DNA from: Vitrella brassicaformis CCMP3155
Taxonomy: Eukaryota; Protista; Chromerida
NCBI GenBank assembly: GCA_001179505.1
Contig: CDMY01000501.1
Coordinates: 1 to 63,796 of the forward strand
DNA: 63,796 nucleotides
Reading direction: 5' to 3'
Shown piece by piece: positions 50,626 through 62,723 of the stretch (positions within the stretch are counted from its first letter, which is position 1; every line of letters starts with the position of its first letter). The notes under the pieces were generated by a model that saw only the letters and a list, made by a program, of their open reading frames with translations, had not been told where the DNA came from and ran no database searches. A program made the translations under genes and the position numbers.

Positions 50626-52332
50626 TAGTGTAATTGTCATCCTTCGTGTCGGCCGCCTTTTCCGAGACGCAAGGTAATTGCATGCCTGTGTCGTGCAGCA
50701 TTCATCCTCTTTTTGTGTGTGCCAGCGGCTGTGGATGGACTTGCACAGTCTGAGGTGTCGGATGGCCTTTGGTGGTCTGCTACGGGATGTGGTCGACTCG
50801 TGTGTTCTGCTGTGTGAGGGTCGCATGGTTGGCTTCTACATCAGAGACGGCATAACTTTTATCGACCACACAGATGCCCTGGATGAAACGCAAAGGATAT
50901 GTGAAGCCAGCGGACGCACAGATGTGACTTCACACAAGCCAATCACAAAGAAGCGGAGATCTCTCTCATTTGCCGTCTGTCTGTCGTCTGTCGCAGGGCC
51001 CTCACGGCAGCTCGCGAGGCATAGGGGTATATCCTGCTAGGAACACATGCCGCGCAGGAAGCGATAATGTTCCTGTGTACGAGATATGCTTTTTGTTGTG
51101 TTCAGGGGTTGCATTTAGGTGTCTAGGCACCCGCCAGAAACAAGCCATGGTTACCAAGGAGACGCAGGCCCACCCGATGCTCCTCAATCTGCTCGACGAC
51201 CTCCAGCCACACCTCAACAAGGCAAGCAACACACATTGAATTTCCATGGTAGCACAAAGGCACACAGGCACCACCAGTTAGTATATATTGCCACCAGTTG
51301 TATGTTTCTATATTGATTGCACTGTATTGTAGATTGGCGAATACGTAGCCTAAGGCTGCAACCCATCCAAGAGGCGATACGATACTGCCGGACCAGACAA
51401 ACTGCACTAAAGGTATGATTGGTTGCGATCGGGTTTCAAAAGACCGCGATATCTGCTTTCAGCGATAAAGTGCTAGACATGTGCTAGTAGGTCGTTCTCG
51501 AGAAAAGTGAGAAGTCAACCATGGCGAACAGAAGTCGGATGTGTGTGCGTGCAAGGTGCCACGACCTGCACTAGCACCACCACCTCTAGGACTGCGACGC
51601 TCCGCGAGGCAATTTGCCGCGAGGGGTCATAAGGACACTGACCGCGTTTCAGAGGTTACGTCGAAACGGATGAAAGTCTACATGAACGGCAGGGATTTTA
51701 TGAATGATGACAAAGGTGCAGCGCCGTTTGTAATTCGCACTAGCTTCTCTACCGAGGTTGAAGCCAAGGTGTGAAAGATGGTGACGTCACACAGATATTC
51801 ACACATACAGACATGCACCAAAGACACATATTATGCGCACATGCGCAAAAACGACACAACACACACCACATACCACGTCTGCGTGTGTGTGTGTGTGTGT
51901 GTTGTTGTGTGTGTTTGTGTGTGTGTGTGTGTGTGTTGTGTGTGTTGTTCTGTGTTGTGCCTCCTGTGTGTGTCGTAGTTTGAGAACCATGAGTGTGGCG
52001 TTCGCGACTATGCCAGCGACATGGAGTGTACCATGTTTTCTGGCGTCGACAACTGCCCCAACCCGTGGCCAGCGGACAGCGGCAGCGTACCTGTGGGACA
52101 CGTAGCGAGATGTCTCTTTGCAGGAACACGTATCTATCAGAGATGTTATCAGAGCGCCGCCGGAGAAGACCTTTCAACGGTAGGCGCTGCGACGACGGCA
52201 GGAATGGCAATGAGAACTCCAACCACAACCCTCAAGCCACCACCAATGCCACATGCGCTGATCGCGCGCCCCAATTCGTGAATCAGCTCATCGGCATGAG
52301 CACGGCTGCCGGCGTCGTCCTATGTACATCGA

Positions 52333-52848
52333 GGGCTGTTATGGCTATTCCATCTGACGGCAGGTCTGCCCCTGGCTGTGCTGGGAATTCGACGCTCGGC
52401 CTCATCATCGAGTTTTATACAGGGTGTGTAGGGATGGCTATCAGATCCGGCAGGAGGTCGACATGCTCCTATGTACATCGAAACTCCGGAGGAGACGCTG
52501 TGGAGACAGTTCATATTGTTCTTCGACGAAAGTGGGGGCTGTTATGGCTATTCTATCTGACGGCAGGTCTGCCCCTGGCTGTGCTGGGAATTCGACGCTC
52601 GGCCTCATCATCGAGTTTTATACAGGGTGTGTAGGGATGGCTATCAGATCCGGCAGGAGGTCGACATGCTCACTCTGCAAGAGGTCTACTTCGTCGGAAC
52701 TCCGGAGAAGACGCTGTGGAGACAGTTCATATTGTTCTTCGACGAAAGTGGGGGCCTGAAGGTCAATCCATGGATTGAGGGGGTGCCCGTCGCGCTGAGC
52801 AGTATCAAGAAGGGTCACAAAACACTCTCTCTCAAACTGCACCTCTCA
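52333..52848 (+). pseudogene. Gene fragment with an internal ~203-bp tandem duplication
   Basis: 52333-52540 is repeated at 52536-52755. Copy 2 keeps the frame YRVCRDGYQIRQEVDMLTLQEVYF..LKLHLS ending at a GTGAGT donor; copy 1 has an internal indel. Confidence 0.6.
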
Positions 52849-54796
52849 CGTGAGTCAGCCAGGTTTAATACTGTCCGGTGTGTATGGAGGAATGTTCAAA
52901 GGACACCTGGGTGCAGTGCCCGCATTGGGCCCGCGAGGAACCTGCCGCTCGAGCGCATTGCTTGAGATCAAGGCAGGGCCAGTTAGGATTAGTATTGTGG
53001 TCCCTACAAATAGACATCCATTGAGTCCCTTCATTTCTTACCACACACCTATACTTATCACCTTTTCAATCAATCGACCCGACGTCTCTACATTCTTATC
53101 ATGTGCACCTTTATGGTCGCTCACAGAGGAATACGTGTGTATGCTTGGATGTATGGATGTGCTTGTATGTGAAAGACCCACGTCATACACACACGCCTGC
53201 AGAGACAAAGTGCTAAGGGGGTGGGGTTCACGCTATTGAGATAGCGCTTACTCGATGCTCTACTAAGGACACTTCTCGATGGAAGACACTCACGATTCAA
53301 CGACAGGCACACGCACACGAATAAGGTCTCACGAGGTCACAAGTAGTTACACACGCACTGCACCACACCTGCTGATGACGGCAGGCTCTGACACGACTGA
53401 TGGACACACTCACTCACTCACTCACGACAACTGCTGAGTCCAGCAACCTCGGCAACACAGTTCTCCGTCTGCTTCTTGGCACGCTTTGACGCCTCGGGCT
53501 TGCTTGGTTTGACTTCCTTCTTCAACAATCAAGCAGGCAGTTTCACAGTCGTTGGGTAGGAGTCGCCGAAGGGATGGGAATGGCTGGAATCAGTGAAAAA
53601 TCGACAAGTACCGAAAAGATCAACGAATCGGCCATTCTGTCCTTCGGGATGATCGGAATATATCGTAATGGCCAATCGGAGCGCCAGCTCTCGCTCTGGA
53701 GCCTTTCGTCCCGCTCCGGCGCCGTTCGTCTCTCGCTCTGGAGTGCGAGGCCTCTCGCTTCGGAGCGGCAGGAGTCGTTTAACGAGACTCTAACTCTGAT
53801 TCTCGACGTCATTTCATGTTGTTTCGTACTATTGCCGCCGCTGCGACGGGCCTTCCCTCCCTTTTCTAGCGAAGCGTTATCCATCATCATTGACAGGGAG
53901 ATTCGAGTGAGTCCATGCACTGAAGTGAGTCACCCTGCAACAAAAGGCACTGCTTTGCTGTGTCTTTACTTCATCAGCGCCGACCCGCTCACTGGCCGTC
54001 CCACCGACGCGCATACACACAAGACGACAGATGGCCGGCCGCTCTTCTGGATGGAGCGGCGGTCTGTGGGCAGCTGTGAGGTTACTGCGGGGGTCGATGG
54101 ATGTCGGCAAGACGGCTCGGCTGGGGGATGATGACTGGCAAAAGAGATGGATGGATGCAGTGATGCGGCGGCCCGTCCAAAGCAGCGAATGAGAGTGTAT
54201 GTGAGCTGTCAGTGTTGTGCGTGTGGAGGTGTCGTGTGTGGCCGTGCTGGAGGGGTACAGGTACGGTTTGTGTCGCCGCCTGTGGGGCCCGCCTGCCTAT
54301 GTGTAGCCATCTGACCAGTCAGCTGATCTATATGCCCTGTAGCCGTCTGACCTGCTCTCTCTCCCTCGGCTGTGGATACTTCTGCTCACGTCGTGTATGC
54401 GGTGTATTGTGCCTCGTGGTGTGTGTGAATATGTGTGTGTGTGTGTGTGTGTTTGGCTTCGCAATGCTGCTGGTCAGCGAGGAAATGTGATGCGCAGACC
54501 GTTCGTCATCCGTATAACGTGCAACTACACAAATATCCGCACGCACCCTCTCTCCCATCGCGCATCCTGACGACTGATGAAGCACGTCGGCAAAATTCAT
54601 GAGCTCTCAGCTCAGGTCTGTACCTAGCATATGCACACGCATCCACCATCCATACACGTCTTCGAACAGCCTCGAGGCTCAATGCCGATGACCTGACTAT
54701 ACACCGTCCGCTGCTGTTCGCCTAGCACACAGTCACTGACGAAGAAAACACACAGATGAGCCAAGCAGTCGCCCAAGCAGTCACACGTGTGTCTTC

Positions 54797-55939
54797 TTAG
54801 CTGACACAGAAGCGCGCAAGAGCCTGTGCGATGGCACCGGAAGCGGCAATGAAGGCACTGAAGATGGCAATGAAGATGGCACTGAAAGCCGTAACGAGAG
54901 CGGCAAGCTCAGCAACGGTCAAACTATTCGCTAGTGCAGAAGAGAAGGAAACAAACAAATGCGTGTGTGTATGTGTTTGTCTGTGTGTCTGACCCCTGAT
55001 TCGCTCAGTAATGCTGCCGCTTCTCAGCTGTCGTTCGTATGCCTCAGCCTGCAAACTCGCCACCCTGGCCTCCCCTAGAAAGTGACAAATAGAAGCCGCT
55101 GCTTGTGTTTCTTCTCTGTATGATGCCTACGTTCAGGTTTTTCCATGCGAACCTTGCGGGACTCCTCGACCAGCTCGGCCTCTGACAGAATAAAGGGGAA
55201 AAGGCATCTTACATATTAGCACACGCATGGCTGTACTCTGTTTTCTGAGGCTGCCCAGCTGAGCATCTAGCTGAGTCAGTCTGTTGGCAGTGATGTTCAG
55301 GTCGAGCCTCTCCCCTTCCGTGAGGTCGCCCTTTTGAAGAGATTTCAGCCGGGCATCCGCAACCTCCCTCGCCGCCTTCGTCTCTTTGAAGAGGGCTTCC
55401 AGCATTTTCATGGTCGTCTTACTTTCCTCGTCTAGATCCCACGGCAAAGAAAAACGAATAGATTTTTCTGCCTCGGGTGTGTTCTTGCCTGGAACGGATC
55501 CGGAAGGCGAGAATCAATAAGAGACCCGAACTTGATGGTCTCTGAATGCAGACAGACACAGACAGACAGACAGACACAGACAGACACGCACAGACAGACA
55601 GACAGACACAGACAGACACGCACACACAGACACACAAACAGCAGTCAGGAAATGCAGGTGATCGATCGAATCGAATGTCTTGCTTGCCCCGGCTCGTACC
55701 CTGCGGCTGCGCCGTCTGCAGAGGAAACAATGGGTACATGCCTGCCTCCGTCGTGAGATATCACGTACCAGCTCCTGCTCCTCATCCAAGTTTTCGATCA
55801 TCCTCCTGCATGATGGTGAAGTGCTTCGATGCAAAGACGGCACGCTGTGGACTAGGAACGCATTGCTGGGACGGTGGGCCGCAGACGCCCAGGGAGTGGA
55901 CAAGACTCTCACGAGCACGATGATGAAAAAGCACATCAT
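54797..55939 (-). CDS. Hypothetical spliced protein with a signal/transit-like leader, coiled coil and C-terminal TM segment; middle of model uncertain
   Basis: MMCFFIIVLVRVLSTPWASA..NAFLV leader; exon DEESKTTMKMLEALFKETK..; terminal hydrophobic AELAALVTAFSAIFIAIFSAFIAAS. One junction near 55440-55490 could not be phased. Confidence 0.45.
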
Positions 55940-56059
55940 CCTGGTGCCTGCAACACACACAAATATCAATCCCAAGACAGCCAGGACCTGGGGACCGTGA
56001 ATTCAAGTACCTTGCAGATCTCTTGGACGCTAAGCTCGCACGAAGGAGGCGGGAGGAAA

Positions 56060-57254
56060 ATGAGCAACGCCGCGGTTATCATGGTGATGTTGCTGGTGCC
56101 ATTCGCATCCCTCTCCGCGGCGTCGGTGTATTCACGAAGCGCCTTTCGGAGTGCGCCTTGCCCTCTCTCTGCAGTTGGCCTTCCTGAGCGTCGTCTGCGC
56201 GGCTCGTCTGTGCACCTAGGACCCGGTACTCACGCAGCTCACCGACTGTCCCCCCGACCAGCCTCGCCCACCGGCAGCCAGACACAGAATGAGGAGGCCA
56301 AGAACACACAGGTCGGCGGGGGAGATCCATTCACCATGCACATCCGATGGAATGGATATGTGGCTGTGTGTGTGCGCACCAGCCTCCCTGGGCGGCTTCG
56401 CCGGATGACGCGCTGCGACTGCCTCGATATATCGTTGTAAGCGACCAATAGTCGACACACAACTCACACGCGATTACACAACGTGTGTGTGTGTGTGTGC
56501 AGGACAGCGATCCTGCCGCTACAGGTCGGTCAGTGCACTCGTCTGTCTTGTGTGTTTGTCTACGGTTGTGTCTGCGTGAGAGTGTATGCGTGCAGCCAGG
56601 TTGGATTTCATCAGAGACGAGTTCAACCAAATCAGCAAAGAAATCGCGGACAGGCTCGTAGAGCGCTGGAACTTGAGACATGCACAGAAAGACAAGTAAG
56701 TAGGCCTCGATGTCTGTCTGTCGTTGCACAACACTGACGCACCAACCAACCACTGCGCACACGTCCGTCTGTCTGTCTGCGGACCGACGATGCCATCCCA
56801 TGCAGCCCGGAGGCGTGGGCAGCGTACGTGAAGGTCCACGACAACGAGATGAACTATCTCCTCGCCCAGCAGGATCAGTGGCTGGGGCTGTGTACGTGTC
56901 GATTTTTACCACAGATACACACATACCAGCACAACGGATGCATGTCCGACAACTAACACGTTTGTGTTTTTGTGTTCATTCGGTCAGGGACAGGCGAGCT
57001 GTTGTACACCTGGCAGTACGTCGGACGTGGCCGATACGTCGAAGACAATGGTACGTAACAACACAACCACCCGAGGGCCGCATACATAATTTGTGCGAGT
57101 GCACAGCACACAGACACGTGCCGCAAATCGCACCACCTACCCAATACACAGGCACTCACACGTGTGTGTGTTTGTTTGTTTGTGAGTGTTTGTGCGTGCA
57201 GACGAGTCGCAAGAGAAGAGCGAGAGAATGAAGAAGGACAAGGCGCTGAGATGA
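56060..57254 (+). CDS. Hypothetical protein, predicted plastid/secretory-targeted
   Basis: Signal peptide MSNAAVIMVMLLVPFASLSAA..SAF; seven phase-compatible exons (..RLDFIRDEFNQISKEIADRLVERWNL.., PEAWAAYVKVHDNEMNYLL.., GELLYTWQYVGRGRYVED..) ending KDKALR*. Confidence 0.7.
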
Positions 57255-57449
57255 GCCTGAGATGAGCCTCTTGTGTACATTTCGGTGTTAGCCTTCGAAG
57301 TGGTGTCTTGAGAGAAGTGGTGTCGTTTTTCCTTACGTGTACGTGTCGTTTTTGTTGTGTGACACCTGACACCGCCGGCCGGCAGATCCATGAACAATCA
57401 GTACGATTAATTGAATATTCAACCAGCACACACACACACACACAGAGAT

Positions 57450-57505
57450 CCGACGCCGCGGAGAGAGATGCGAATGGCACCAGCAACATCACCATGATAA
57501 CCGCG
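57450..57505 (-). repeat. Inverted copy of the signal-peptide-coding segment of the 56060 gene
   Basis: Reverse complement matches 56071-56126 at 55/56 nt. Confidence 0.92.
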
Positions 57506-59128
57506 TTGCTTTTCATCCTGCTCCCTCTGTGCGCCAAAGACGTGCAATGTTATGGGGCCTGTGGGTGGGTGGTGAGGGCACACGAACACCACACACACAC
57601 TCGTGTCTCTTCCGCGTGTGTGCCTTGTTGTAGGTGTGATGTGCCTGGGTGCGCGCGCACGTACAAGCCTTTTCTGCCTGCAGACCTCGCAGAAGTAGTG
57701 CTGGTGGCCGGGCTGCACCAACCCACACACACGACATCCATCCATCCATCCACCCACACGACACGTGCATCACTCTGTCTCCTTGCTGACTTGTCCGAGT
57801 ATCTCTTCGTCGAAGAAGCTCTCCACACACGTGTGAAGCGACAAACGCGGCGCCTAAACACACACACATACGGACACACACGCATGGATGGATATGGGCA
57901 CACGAACGACATGAGGGTCCTGTCCTCCGTCCACACACACGTGTATGGATGGTGGGGGGGGAATCCGTGGCAGACAGACAGACAGACAGACAGGCGGACA
58001 CTGATTGCTTTGTATAGCTAGAACGAATGAATGAATGGATTGGTTTGGGTGGTGGGTGGAGCGATGGTTGATGGATGGATCGCTTCCTTGCCTGCCTGCC
58101 TGCGTATCTGCATACCTTCCTGTCTGCCTGCACGTCTGTCTGGCTGCCAATACTTTGTCGTCTCATCGCGTGTGTGAGTGATCATGATCCCCATGTGTGT
58201 GTCCGTGTCTTTGTGGTGTGCAATAACACAAATACACACATGTATACCCGCGCGCCATCCGCGCGGGGCGTGTGTGACTGCCTGCCTGCCTGGATGAATG
58301 GATGGATGGATGGATGACAGAATGGCTGCTGCTGGATTGACGAGTGTGCCCATGTGTCTTTGTTTGTGACTGTGAGGGAGTGAGGGAGTGTTGGTTTTGC
58401 CCGACCGACCGAGTGAGTGATTGACAGACAGACGGACAGAGCCCCTGACCGGCTCTCTGCCTGCATTGCATGTGTGCCATCCGTGTCCGCCCACCCACAC
58501 GTGTGTGTACACATGAGGATGCCAATTAACGCAACTCTTTGTCCCTTCGACCGAGTGATCATTCGTGCGCCTCTCTGCTCTATCAAATCACTCCGAGCAC
58601 CCCACTCGGCATCACGCATGGTAACTGCACAGTCAGCCAGGCAGCCAGGCACCCTCACACAACGACCGGAGCGTCACACCAAAATCGGCCGGCAGATGAT
58701 CGGAGCGCATGAGATGCGCTCACACCCACACCCACAGGCAGCCGGCCCTGAGGACGGGCAGGCATCTCTTCACACACACCTAGCGGTATGCGATGCGTCT
58801 TCAAGAAACGATCAGCTACAGAGACGATGACAGCCAGCACGCGCACACACACAGTGCAGGGCGACATTCAACAACATGGCGACAGACGACAAGCATATCG
58901 CTGCTCACCCACCAGTGTTGATGGATGGATGGATGGATCAGCCGCCGCTCTCCGCCTCAGCTGCGCCACCCTCACCTGCCGAGGGCACAGCACAGACACA
59001 GACACACACACACACGCACGCACAGCCATATATGTGATGCAGATCGACGTGGGGGCCTCTGTGGTGTGTGACTGTGCCCTCCCTCTATCAATACCGTCGT
59101 CACTGTCGTGATCTTGCTGCTGATGCTG

Positions 59129-60429
59129 CTACTGTACTTCTCCGTCGAATACGAATGGCGCCACCGCCCTCAACGCCACGCGAGCCAGCTGATTGGTGAC
59201 CGGGAAGCGGTGCTTGAAGGCGCCACTCCTACACACAGCCGCCTCAGTGGTCTCGACACACACCCACACTGCACACCAGGGGGAGAAACAGAAGCACTAA
59301 GGATATTGCCAGCAGCACTCCCTCTCTGCCACCCTACCGTTGTTGTTTGTTAATCTGCTGATGCCAATCCATGCGACAAAGGAGTGGGTGCTGTTGGTCA
59401 GCACCAGCCGTCGCACAATACCCTCGTAGCTCACTGTCGTGGTGCATCCGGCCACCGGTGTGTGGGGCGACTCGGTCAGCAGGCCATCCAGACGGCCACC
59501 ACCGACATTCCTGAACCAACCACACACACCGTCAACGGCTCTCCCCTCTTGCCTTGAGTGCCATCGATGTGTTGTCACCTGTTGAGTCTTATCGATGTGC
59601 GGTTGGTCTGGCGGGTAAGGCTGAAGTGGTGGAGGATCACGCGCTTGGCAAATGACGACAGAGACGCATCGGTGACTTGATCGTCGGTCGACTCCCATGT
59701 GCCGTAGTGGGCCGAGTAGAGGATGCCCTCACGCACCGGTGGGTCGTGTGGCTGTCGGTGCTGCCGATACAGGTGGCCGGCAGGGAGGGGCGGGTCGACC
59801 TGCAGCCGGAAGCCAGGCTGGTCCTTGATGGCCCGCACCTCACCATTGCCCTGGAACAGCTGCAGGCAGCTGCCGTCACCGAGAAGGACGTGGCGGCCGA
59901 CCATCTTGAGGTGCGCCAACACACAGGGAGCCGACACATACGCCTACACACAGGACCACACACACAGACAGAGAGAATGAGGCCCTCTCCCTCCCCTCCC
60001 AGCCCCTCTGTTTGCTGGCTCACCGTTTTGTTTGTGTGTGTGTTGATGTCATCGGCTGTGAGGATGACAGGCAGGTCACAGTTGCCGCACTGCCCCGCCA
60101 CCTCAATCACCTCGCTCATCTCACCCCAGCCCCCCTCCTCCACCACAAACAAACCCGCCAGCAGATCATGTTTGCCGAACTGATCGTCGTCGAACCGCAG
60201 CAGCTGCACTTGCTGCCCATTCACCGCCCGCCGCAGCCCCGCCTGTGAGCCCAGCGAATGGCGGAGCCGATCTCTCAGCTGCGCCGCTCCGAAGAGGTCC
60301 CTGAGCCACGTGCAGGTGACCCTCAGCCGCAGGATGTCCTTGATGCTGCTGAAGAGGTAGAAGGTGCGGCGGCCGACGAAGATATACGAGAAGGTGCTGC
60401 TGCTGCTGCTGCTGCTCTGGTTGCTGCAT
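59129..60429 (-). pseudogene. Member of a large lineage-specific hypothetical family; apparent frameshift in the N-terminal CAG repeat
   Basis: TFSYIFVGRR..IKDILRLRVTCTWLRDLFGAAQLR, LLRFDDDQ, VLAHLKMVG, VDPPLPAGHLY, SPHTPVAGCTT, FKHRFPVTNQLARVAL. The ATG at 60429 is out of frame with the body across (CAG)5. Family assignment is recalled, not searched. Confidence 0.7.
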
Positions 60430-61157
60430 CTGGGTAGCTATGATGTGTTCGACGACAGCCTGCACAGAGCGACAGAGCCGACAGAGGATCGTGTGCATCA
60501 AGCATGCTGCTCATTGATCTGTCTGCGGCTCACCTCGTTCGATGCTTAGACGGACAGATCAGCAGGCAGAGAACTGAATGCCCCACCACCACCAGCAGCA
60601 GCAGCGGCAGATGAAGAGGCCGCCATCACCCCTCAACGACACGCCTGTAGCGATAGGCCGACAGAGAGAGAGAGAGAGATGCCAACAGAAAAGGACGGCG
60701 AACGCATTGAGGCCAATGGATCAGTGAGCGCCTCAGTGAGTCCGTCAGTGAGTGGTCGACCTCCCTCACCTCTGTTTGGCTCTCAGCTCAATGGCCCGCT
60801 TCCACGGGGCTAAAGGGTATGAATCCCTGCGTCAAACACAAATTTTGTGAGCCCGCAGATCTTTCTCCTTTTGTTCGAGAGAAGATAGCCGTGGGACAGA
60901 GATATCGCACAATGCAGCACTGCAGCAGCCGAGAGATGGTTAAAGTAACAGAGGCAATGTCAGAGTCTGTTCCAGCGGGACAGGATGGCGCGACCAGTGA
61001 CAGCATGCCACACTGGTCGCTGGACGGTCCGTCCTGCCACACTGGTGGTCTGCGTCTGCTAAGCTCGCACTATAGTTTCACGTGTGTCCCTAGGGGTAAG
61101 AGCGGGTTGGAGCTGAGGGCGTAACAGTTTCTCAACACCTTTTTCCCTCCCCTCCTC

Positions 61158-61245
61158 ACTGCGCAGGTCGTGACGAAGCTCGTGATGACGTAGAGGTGAG
61201 ACCGCACCTCTTCGTCATCACGACCTTCGTTACGACGTGCGCAGT
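61158..61245 (+). ncRNA. Candidate hairpin RNA (41-bp arms, 6-nt loop)
   Basis: 61158-61198 vs reverse complement of 61205-61245: 37/41 identical, non-microsatellite sequence; promoter-like motif at 61058-61068. Transcription unproven. Confidence 0.4.
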
Positions 61246-62210
61246 CATCGGGGCGGAAGGCCTCCGCGCGTCGTCCGACTCGCTCTCTTCCCCGGCCCTT
61301 CTTCTGCTACGCTGGCGGACGTCGGCGGCTGACAGGTACGGACGGCAACAGAGAAGCCGACAGGCAGCAGACACCACACACGACGTATTGCACGTGACAG
61401 AGAGGGAGATGCGCAGATATCAGGGCAGGATGCACACGAGCACACGTGTGTGGTGGGTGTTTCCTGCAGGCAGTCTGCAGGCGTCCCGAGATGAGCACCG
61501 TACGAGCTGTGTGAACGCGCGGCGGTGCTCATGGCGTGACGGCGAGCCGCTCCTCCGCTTCTGTCTCTCACTTGATGTCTCACTGAGGCCTGCATGCGGC
61601 GGGGCGACTCGTCCACTGCCCCTCCACTCGACCACCTGACGCTTCAACACACTGACGACAGCAGTAGTCACTGACGGCTGGCGGCTCAAGACACTCCCAA
61701 TCGCTCCTGACCAGTGCGCTGCCAACACGCACGTCTCATCCCTCGTCTGTGCCCAGCCGACGGCCGGACGCCCCCGCCTGATGACCGCCCACATGCCCCT
61801 CTGGATGATATCGGTGGCTGACGGGCTGTGAGTGGGTCGGCGCTGCAAGGCGGCATTGGGGCAGACGCATGGCCTATCGCTAATAAGCCATGTGGCTGCC
61901 GGATGTCTATTTGTAGGTCAGTGAGGGGGGAGGGAGGGGGGCACACACACAACCCTTATTGTGCCTGTCAGCATTCATTGTCAATAATTGTCAGTGCTCC
62001 GTTTCAGCTCACATTTATTGACACATCATTGATGTCTCGCAGCGTGCTCATAGGAACACACACTGTCCACAAAGAACTTCCTTGACCGAAAGGGCCAAAA
62101 AACCTCTCCTCCCCAACATAACGGGTCCATCACTCACACACATAAATGAATCGAGCGTACACACGCAACACGCGCCACAACAAAACAGCAAAACATTTGG
62201 CGTTGGTCCG

Positions 62211-62690
62211 TCAGTTGTGTGACGATTTGAGCTCTGGTGGGCAGTCTGGCTGCGAGTGGGGGTGGGCTTTGACGAAGGCCTCGTGGCGATTGAGCCGCTC
62301 GGTGATGCCGCTGATGAGAGGGAACTCAGACATCGGCACGCTGAACCGATTCGCATTATACACCTACAAACGCACCAGCACACACACGCCCCCAGGTGAC
62401 ACACGACATACGGAGGCTCATCTACACGTGCAGACAGAGGCTATCTACCTGTGGGGCGAGGAAGACGTCGGCAAGAGTGATGCCGTTGCCCACACAGTAG
62501 TCGCCACTCGTACTCGCCAGCAGCTTCTCAATGCCTACACACACAAAGGGCGAGTGGTGGGTGACCACTGGTATCGGGTGTCTGTCTGTATGTGTGTGAA
62601 TGTCCTACCTCTGAATCTGTCTGTGATGACCTCGCGAGACCAGTCGTTGCGGATCTTCATGCGCTCATCATCTAACACACACACACACAG

Positions 62691-62723
<33 letters not shown>

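Noticed and set aside
53370-53405. C/D-box snoRNA (TGATGA..CTGA)
   Set aside because: Box spacing is far too short and there is no terminal stem.
57520-58660. Minus-strand mini-gene (PGHQHYFCEVCRQKRL etc.)
   Set aside because: Exon-like pieces could not be joined in a consistent frame; left uncalled.
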